Shown in pieces: positions 52,916-64,000 of a stretch of 64,000 nucleotides of DNA; the first letter of the stretch is position 1, and the number at the start of each line of letters is the position of its first letter. The stretch comes from the human T2T-CHM13v2.0 reference genome, Homo sapiens. The stretch is from the NCBI RefSeq assembly GCF_009914755.1, contig NC_060926.1. The stretch is one strand, 5' to 3'. The notes below the pieces were generated by a model. The model had not been told where the DNA came from. It was given only the letters and a program-made list of their open reading frames with translations, and ran no database searches. Made by a program: the position numbers and the translations under genes.

Positions 52916-55900
52916 CAAGTTTTCTTGTTTCTGGGCCAGGTCCACACATTAGTGAGTGCAAAGAAGGTTTGGACCAGGTTTGACTTTTGTGACTCTTCTC
53001 AACTCCCCCAATAATGCCTTTACCAAGTCATCTATTCTCAATCAGAAAGGATCACCTCCTGGCACTTCTGATAATACTTACCTCCCTCCTGTACTCTATT
53101 TCCACCATACAAATTCACTTTCTAAAGAAACTGAAGACCCTGTTAGGATCTTCAAAATATGCTTGGTTTCCAGTACTTCCTCTTCCTCTTCAAAGAACAC
53201 CACTAATGTGCTCAGTTCTCCAGAACTAAAGTCTCACTGGCATTTCTGTCTTGTTCCTCTCACTTGTTGCTCCTACCCAGACAATTCTCCCTCCCCAGTG
53301 TTTTGCTTTTCTTCTTTTCTTTCAAGTCCTATTGCTGGCGACCTGGTTCAAGACTTTATCAATGCAGGCCTGGACAGTGGGAATAAACTGTTAATAGTTT
53401 TGCTTGTTGTCATTGTCTATTCTTCCAACTCATGCTGATGAATGATGGCAATTTATTTTTAATATAAAATTTCAATCCATTACTGTCTTTCTTGAAAGTT
53501 TGGAACCTGCTCCCCATTGCCTGAAGGATATAGTTCTTTGAAGTTCTTTCAGTGTCATTCAATGCCATCCCTAATTAGGGCTAACCTATTTTTCAAGCCT
53601 TATCTCCCACCACCACATCTGACCTTCTGCTGCAATCAGGTTGTTTTACTGGTTGTCAGAAAAACATCCTTTGTATGTTCCCACCTTTGCACTATTACAC
53701 TTTGCATCCTCAGCTGGATGTCCCTTTTACATCTCTTACTACATCCTAACTCATATCAAATTCTTCTGTAAAGCCTTTTCTGGGCATCATAGTCTGAAAT
53801 GTTATTGTTCCCCAAGACTCCTATATCAAGTAATGTTTGTGTAATTAACTCATGAAATAGCTCCTTATATTACACTGAGATTCCTTGCAATATAGTATTA
53901 ATTCCTGCTCAATTGCCAAATATCTTCTCTGGTGCTACACATCTACTAAAGGCTCCAATAAAAAATAATTTAGAAATTATGTATGTTAATAGAGATAATC
54001 TAATACTAGAAGAATTTTGGAATCAAAGACTGCATTTTAAGTCAGAGAAATGAGCTACAAAATTTGGTAGACTTCCCATAGACTATTCTTCAACCAGCAG
54101 TCTTTTATGCAAATGAAATGACTGAAAGCTGAATCTTACAACATTTTATTTACTTGCAGAAGCAGAGGAGAATTTAGAAATCAACGTAGCCAACTGCCTA
54201 ATTTCACAGGAGAAAATAAGTAAAGCTCAGACTACTAAAAGCCATTGGCAAATTCTGAATTTGTATGAAGATCTGAATTTAAGAGTATCCCATATTCTAC
54301 CTTAAGCCTCTAATCTGGAGGGAAGAAATACTACCGCATCTAACTGATATTTGATGAGTAATCTTAATTTAACTTTAATATTTTTATATACATATTCTGT
54401 TTTAAACTTTTGAATGTAATCCTACAGCATTAATCATTTGCAGTCAGTTTGCAGTTTACAATGAATTTACACGTATATTATCTAACGTGATGCTCACAAC
54501 TACCCTGGGATGTTGGTGTCAACAAGTCTCAAGGCAAAAGTGAGACAGGCTGGGGGAACGTAGACACATCAGATGTAGCTGTCTAGGAATTCCTTGTCTT
54601 GACAAATTTGTCTCCTTAGAATCCCTTGGTCAATAAATAAATCAAGTGTCTATTTTTCTGGAGATATATAAATATCTTCCCTCAGGGGTTGGAAAGAAAA
54701 TAGCCATGCCTCGTGACAATTTATGCATGTGAAATGTCAAATCATGGTACTAAGGGCAGGAGAAGAGAGATTGGAGAGTGAGTGCTGGGACTCACTGTAA
54801 GCTTCTTAGCAGAGAGGAGAGTTGAACGGGACTGTGGAGTCCCAGCAGGATTTACATAACAATGATGCCAAAATCACACAAGTGCGTTCATTCTTATTTT
54901 TATATACAACCTACAGTTTTATGAAGTACAACTATGCATCATCCCACTTAATCTTTTCGAGTTCCTTAACCTTTTAAATGGACAGTTGTCTTGTGGTTTA
55001 GAGAACCAGTGTAATCTTTGAGTAAGTATTACCCATTCCCTGGAAATTTTTCTTGGATGCTAGCTCCCTCTATTAAGGTGAAAATTAAATTCTTGAGAAG
55101 TAGGGCGTGGGTTGGGGGAGGGAAAAAAAGGGATTCCATTGTGCAATGTAGTTCAGAGTCCCTTGTCTCTACTTTGTCATTCTAATGAGGCAACTGGCTT
55201 CTACAGGCAGTAGGTTTAAGCGATGTGGAGTTGAACTGTGCTAATTGTATATTAAACCAGTGTTAAATTACCAAAGTGCTGAGTCAACAATCAGAAATAG
55301 GTTCCTCCATTTTTTATCAGCATGAAACTTCTCTTGTCACTGGATAGAAATATCAGTATAAGGTGGCATTCCATGGGTCAATTCCATGACTTGGGTGTTT
55401 GTAAAAACTTCAAAAAGTTTATTGCAGAAGTAAGTATCCCTTCTCAAGCTGGAGGAGCTTCAGACTAGTCTGAAAATAGTTATATCCCATTTTTCACATT
55501 TGCTAGCTACAGGTTTTAGAACCTCACAATGTCAATGGAGTGTTAAAGAAAAAAAGTAGCAGGCTCTTTTTATTATATCTTAATTTTCCATGCTGAGCTT
55601 TTCGTAGAAATTCTATATTATCTTCGACCTTTATACTTCAATCTGACCCACAGGCTCTATGCACTTTCCTCCCCCACATTTCTGGAGCTGCTCCTGTTGA
55701 CACAGCTATTAAATGACTAACTGGAACCAGTTAGTCATAAAAACTAGGGCTGGTTTCTATGGTTGCAGAATGAAAGATACGTTTTCTATTGTATTTTCAA
55801 GCACAATGTGGACAGCCAAGACTATTGGGGAAATGCTAAATCTAGATATAGAGCCAGAAATTGAGAATCAGTTAGGAATCAGAACCAGAAACCTAGACCT

Positions 55901-57509
55901 GAACAGATATGAGAATGGATTAGGTATCTGGTGGGCAGGCAGCCTGAGCTGGCGTGGATGTTTTGGAACTAACGGTTAGCACAGGGTCCAGCATGGAGAA
56001 TAAGCTCAGGTACTTGCACTGGTGATGGACACATTAGCCAGGTTTGCAAGTGAGGCCTTGAATGCAAAATGAACACATCTCTGTCAGTTGATCCTTGGAA
56101 AATTCTCATGAAAAAGTTGGTTCGTGGTCACAGGAGGAATGAGTGGAAAAGAGAGGACAGACAATGAGCGAGATTACATCACTCACTCAATTTGTGCACG
56201 AGAAAAGCATTCTTTACCCTCACTGTAAAGTGGTTTCACTTCCAGCCTAAATTCCACCACATAGGTGTAGATTAATAGTGGTGACCCATCATGTTCAGAG
56301 AAACATCAGCTGTCTGGCCAGTCTTCGGTCACTCCATGTCAGGATGTCCCAACCAGTTAGTGGTATTTCCAGAATGCGGTGCCAATGGGAACTTTAAGGA
56401 TCATACCACTTAGCATGTAGGAACAGTCATTTACCAAACAGGATATCAGTGCTTTGTAAGAGCTAGTGGAACTTCCCAAGTGCCTCACCTAGTTACACTG
56501 AAGTGATAGAGTGTCCTGTCCTTCCTTATAATTGATATGTTTAGATTATGATGTGCCCAGGACACCAAAACCCTACCGCCATCACTCCAATCATAGTTCG
56601 ACTTCATTATTAGCATGGCTTTAAGACAAATGGAAGGAGATGGAATAATTAAGAAACGTTGTTGGACATGTTTAGGATTACTGTAAAATAACTAACAGAT
56701 TTATATAATCTCAACAGTGTTAGGATTTTTATTACAAAAAAAGAGCAAATCATTTGGAAACAATACTATATAAATATAGAGAATTTTTTTATTATTCCAT
56801 TTCTCATGCCTCAAATGCACGAAAAATACCCTTTAAGGTCAAACTATTGATTTAAGTTATAATTTAGTTCTAAAACCTCAGGGAGTTGTTTTTCGAGCAA
56901 GAAAAATCACAATGTTTCTCATTGCCCTTCTTGGTACACGAGCCAAATGAACTGAACACACACTGTGCACAAAGACTTGTGCTCAGAAGGCCCTTTCCCT
57001 CGTCTGGAAGCAAAGAAATAACCATAAATGAGAAAAGTATGACATTCATGGTAAGAAGCAGTACACAGGGCATGACTAAACCATGGTAGTTTCAGGGGAT
57101 GGAGGCATAGGAAGATAGTTATGGAATGTCTATGCCATGTTGCTGCCATCTATGTGGCACCTAAAACTGATATATACACACTCTGCTTTGGACCACAGAA
57201 ATGTCAGAGATAAAAAGGTCACAAGCTGTCCTTAACTATGAACAGCTGACCACAGATATGTCTGTTTCTCAGAATGTTGGTGTCCTCCACCAAAGCCTCT
57301 TTGTGTTTGTATTTTATGTCTGTCCTCCTGAAGGACCCAAGCACTTATTCTGTTCTCAAAGTGCCGCTGATTCTGTTCTTCACCCCTGCTATTGCAGTAT
57401 ATATGCAGCTATATGCAGTAGCCTGGGTGGCTACTGTCATACTTGGACTTTGTAAGAAAAGGAACTGTTATTTGCTGAGGGCCATCTAGGGAGACTATAG
57501 TGCACAGAT

Positions 57510-57760
57510 TAGAGTAAATGGGTTAAAATCAAATGTTTATAGTCAAACTGATTTACTCAAAATCCCTGTTCCTCCATTTCTAACCTAGGGGACTTTGGGC
57601 AAGTTGCTTAATGCCTGTGTGTCTCTGCATTCTCATATGTAAAATGAAAACACGAATAGCATCTACCTCACAGGATCACTGTGAATATTGAATGAGGGGC
57701 TGCATTTATCAGGCTTAGTCTGGAATACATTGGATGATCATTCAAAAATAGCTATTATTC
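57510..57760 (+). mobile_element. MIR
   Basis: 'gactttgggcaagttgcttaa...tctcatatgtaaaatg...atagcatctacctcacaggat..tgtgaatattgaatgag'. Confidence 0.85.
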
Positions 57761-57833
57761 ATTTTCTCTTTGTGAAAAAATGTGCTTGGAAGCCCCAGTC
57801 TTCAACCTAGAAATGAACTCACAGAAAATAGAC

Positions 57834-58052
57834 TGTTTGCTGCTCCCATTAACTCATCATTTACATTAGGTATTTCTCCTAATGCTATCCCTCCCCCATC
57901 CCCCCACTCCATGATAGGCCCCAGTGTGTGATGTTCCCCACCCTGTGTTCAAGTGTTCTTGTTCAATTCCCATGGCACTGCACACGTATGCATATGTAAC
58001 AAATCTGCATGTTTTGCACATGTACTGTAGAACTTAAAGTATAATTTAAAAA
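57834..58052 (+). mobile_element. Short L1PA insertion with 5' inversion (twin priming)
   Basis: 57834-~57971 antisense L1PA 3'UTR, ~57972-58052 sense terminus 'catatgtaacaaatctgcatg...agaacttaaagtataat' plus A tail; TSD agaaaatagac at 57823-57833 and 58053-58063. Confidence 0.9.
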
Positions 58053-58069
58053 AGAAAATAGACCATTTT

Positions 58070-58626
58070 TGGTTGAAGAACAGAAAACCCTGAAAGCTGT
58101 ATCTGAGAACCTGCATATACAAGCAGACAATGGCCAGATAACATATAAAAATAAAACTCTGACCTACAACCAGCAGCGATACAGCCCAGGAAGGCAACCT
58201 ATCTACAGAAATGAATCTAAAAAAACAAACTACTATCTGCATCAACCAGCCCGGGAAACTGAACAATAACCCCTGTAGCAATCAGCTCCAAACAGCCAAA
58301 ACTTAAATAATAATTGACAGCTTCTTTAATTTTTGCCCCAGCTTCCAATTTAGGACCAACTGGAAAAAATTGAATCCATATTCCCACCCAATCACATAAG
58401 ATGCCCCACTTCTAGTTAGACCATCTACCGCTTCCCCATGCCAACAACCTCCAATCAGGGCACACCTGAAGCCCTCCCTTTTCTCCACTGCAATGCTTTC
58501 TCATTCTTCTGCCTGCCTGTGAGTCTCTACCAAATGCAAGTCTTGATGGTTTTCTCTTTGTGACAGCAAGCTCTGAATGATAGTCTTTGCTTGTTCTCAT
58601 TTGGACAGGCTTCATTTATTTCCACA
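58070..58626 (+). mobile_element. ERV1 LTR (MER31/MER67-like)
   Basis: 'ccaatcacataagatgccccacttctagttag...ttccccatgccaacaacctccaatcagggcacacctgaagcc...cagcaagctctgaat...ttcatttatttccaca'. Confidence 0.75.
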
Positions 58627-59819
58627 CACCTCTCAAACCACAAAGCTAGGCTGTTACAGCAATGGGAGCAAGGACTCAATCTGCTCTTGGCTAACCATTA
58701 TAACACCAGCACCTAACACAATGTCTGGTTCATAGAGACAGAATGAATAAATAAAAATTTCCCTTTTCTGTCAGACCAGCTTTAGCACACTAGTGAAGGA
58801 AATGGAAACTGTGACAAAAGAGAGATTTTTCTTGAGAGAAGAGGTCAGGTAGGTAAGAGATCTTGGGTAAGGTTCAGCTCTTCCACTGTTTGTGCAATCT
58901 TGCTTGGATCACCATTCTGGAAGCCATGCAGGCCTCTTCTCCACAATATTCACAATATTAGGACAACCGTAATGCTCACTTACAAGGTGTTTTTGAGGAT
59001 TTAATAGGATCCTGTGAGTGAAAATAGGGAATGAAGGCGAACTATTTTCTTTGTATGTCCTACTGCTCTGTTTATATTCTTTACTACTATACACAACTTT
59101 TAAAATATGGAACATTAAAAAAAAAACAAGAAAAAACTTTGTTACAGTTTTATACACACATTGAGTATTACATTTTAAAAGAAATATGAAATAATTATAC
59201 TTTTTCACATTTTTAAAATATTCTGTTGGACATATTTTATTGTTTCAACAATAAACAACAGTAAAATTACTGAAATGGACTTTTGACACATAAAGGGTAG
59301 AATCCTCTAAGTTGGATTTTAACATGATTTTTAACTTAGTACACACATATGTTGAACTTTTATTTGCAAGGTGTTATGTTAGGTATGCGGAAGTTTATAA
59401 AGATGTGCAAGAGATTGTCCCCTGCTTTCAGAGACTGGTCCATAAAGGGAAATTTTAAAAATCCTTCTCAACTAAAATTTAATGTTGAATAAGGAAAATG
59501 ACAACTGATGTGTCCATGGATGCAAAGTGAAGAAAGGGTGCTTCTTATTGAACTAAGTAAGAAAGACAACATGCAGGAGGGACATTTGCCTTCGTGTGAG
59601 AAGCTGCTTGAGGATTTTAATAAAAATAAGAGAAAGATATTCTAGGCAGAGGGCAGGAGCAAGGGGTCAGAAAGAAATGTGCCACAAATTTTTCTGCTAT
59701 ATACCCAAATACCACTGTAAATTTCTCCTTCACAGTACTCATTACAACTGTAATTAATTAATCAGTTAAACAACTTTTTAAAAATATCTCCCATGTGAAC
59801 TCTTGAGTGAGTTGTGACT

Positions 59820-62385
<2,566 letters not shown>

Positions 62386-62390
62386 CATAA

Positions 62391-62762
62391 TGATATGGTT
62401 TGGCTGCTTTCCCACCCAAATTTCATTGAGAATTGTAGTTTCCATAATTTCCACGTGTTGTGGGAGGGAACTGGTGGGAGATAATTCAATCATGGGGGTG
62501 GTTTTCCCCATACTGTTCTCATAGTAGTAAATAAGTCCCACAAGATCTGATGGTTTTATAAGGGGAGACCCATTTCACTTGGTTCTCATTTTCTTTTTGC
62601 CTGCCTCCATGTAAGATGTTCCTTTGCTCTTCCTTCATCTTCTGCCATGATTGTGAATACTCTCCAACCATGTGGAACTGGTAGTCAATTAAAACTCTTT
62701 TCTTTATAAATTACCCAGTCTTGGGTACATCTTTGTTAGTAACATAAGAACAGACTAATACA
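62391..62762 (+). mobile_element. THE1B-like 5' LTR
   Basis: 'tgatatggtttggctg...cagactaataca' directly followed by internal sequence. Confidence 0.95.
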
Positions 62763-64000
62763 GTAAATTGGTACCTGTAGAGTGTGGCACTGCTGTAAAG
62801 ATATCCAAAATTGGAAGTGACTTTGAAACTGGGTATCAGGCAGAGGTTGAAACAGTTTGGAAAGCTCAGAAGAAGACTGAAAAATGTGAGAAAGGTTGGA
62901 ACTTCCTAGAGACTTGTTGAATGGCTTTGACCAAAATGCTGATAAAGATATGGACAATAAAATCCCGGCTGAGGTGGTCTCAGATGGAGATGAAGAACTT
63001 GTTTGGAACTGGTGTAAGGTGACTCTTGCTATGTTTTAGCAAAAAGATTGGTGGCATTTTGCCTCTGCCTTAGAGATTTGTGGAAATTTGAAATTGAGGG
63101 AGATGATTTAGGATATCTGGCAGAAGAAATTTCTAAGCAGCACAGCATTCAAGAGGTGACTTAGGTGCTGTTAAAAACATTCAGTTTTAAAAGAGAAGAA
63201 GAGCATAAAAGTTCAGAAAATTTCCAGCCTGATGATGTGATAGAAAAGAAAAACCCATTTTCCGAGAAGAAATTCAAGCTGGCTGCAGAAATTTGCATAA
63301 GTAATGAGGATCCACATGTTAATTGCCAAGACAATGGGGAAAATGACTTCAGGGCATGTCAGAGAACTTTGCAGCAGCTCCTCCCACCACAAGACTGGAG
63401 GCCTAGGAGGAAAAAATGGTTTCATGGGCCAGGCCCAGGGCCCCCCTGGTATGTGCAGCCTAGGAACTTGGTGTCCTGCATCCCAGCTGCTCTAGCCATG
63501 GCTAAAAAGGGCCAAGGTGTACCTCAGGCTGTGGCTTCAGAGGGTGCAAGCCCCAAGCCTTGGCAGCTTCCATGTGGTTTTGAGCCTGCAGGTGCACAGA
63601 AGTCAAGAATTTAAGTTTGAGAAGCTTCTCCTAGATTTCAGAGAATGTATGGAAGTGCCTGCATGTCCAGACAGCAGTTTGCTGCAGGGGCGAGGCTCTT
63701 ATCCTCTGCTAGGGCAGTGTGGAAGGGAAATGTGGGGTTGAAGCCCCCACATATAGTCCCCACTGGGGCACTGCCTAGTGGAGCTGTGAGAAGATGGCCA
63801 CTATCCTCCAGACCCCAGCATGGCAGATCCACCAACAGCTTGCACTGTGTGCCTGGAAAAGCCACAGACACTCAACACCAGTCAGTGAAAGCAGTTGGGA
63901 GGGAGGCTGTACCTTACAAAGCGACAGAGGTGGAGCTCCCCAAGACCATGGGAACCCACCTCTTGCATCAGCAAACCTTGGATATGAGACATGGAGTCAT
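62763..64000 (+). mobile_element. THE1 internal region (THE1-int), runs off the window
   Basis: Starts 'gtaaattggtacc'; MaLR-int hallmarks 'gactttgaaactggg..caggcagaggttgaaacagtttgga', 'ggcttcagagggtgcaagccccaagccttggcagcttcca'. Confidence 0.95.

Noticed and set aside
52956-53438. 160-aa ORF, the longest in the track
   Set aside because: Non-ATG start, Ser/Pro/Leu-rich, overlaps pyrimidine-rich L2-like sequence, and has no recognisable domain.
63165-63871. Overlapping ORFs up to 149 aa
   Set aside because: They lie in THE1 internal sequence and are decayed MaLR ORF remnants.

Overview
Primate (human-like) AT-rich, CpG-depleted non-coding DNA, either intronic or intergenic. I recognise no protein-coding exon, RNA gene or CpG island, and the ORF track consists of repeat-derived or chance ORFs. 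Much of the window is interspersed repeat: about 14 Alu/FRAM copies, six THE1 (MaLR) LTR pieces (one continuing into THE1 internal sequence at the right edge), several older LTRs (MLT1, MER21, LTR16, MER74-like, MER31-like), old L1M, L2 and MIR fragments, and DNA-transposon fossils (Charlie1, MER5, MER33 and a Tigger-type transposase remnant). Repeat subfamily names come from recalled consensus sequences and need RepeatMasker/Dfam confirmation. The most unusual structure is at 39888-40693: the first ~80 bp of a THE1 LTR fused to a ~385-bp copy of DNA lying 2.6 kb downstream, flanked by 13-bp direct repeats and later hit by an Alu. Other observations are a dense THE1 cluster with intact DUX4-type motifs, a ~220-bp twin-primed inverted L1, a 37-bp Alu tail without a TSD, closely spaced inverted Alus, and several repeat-free stretches rich in homeodomain motifs. 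I found no evidence for a new multi-gene biological system.
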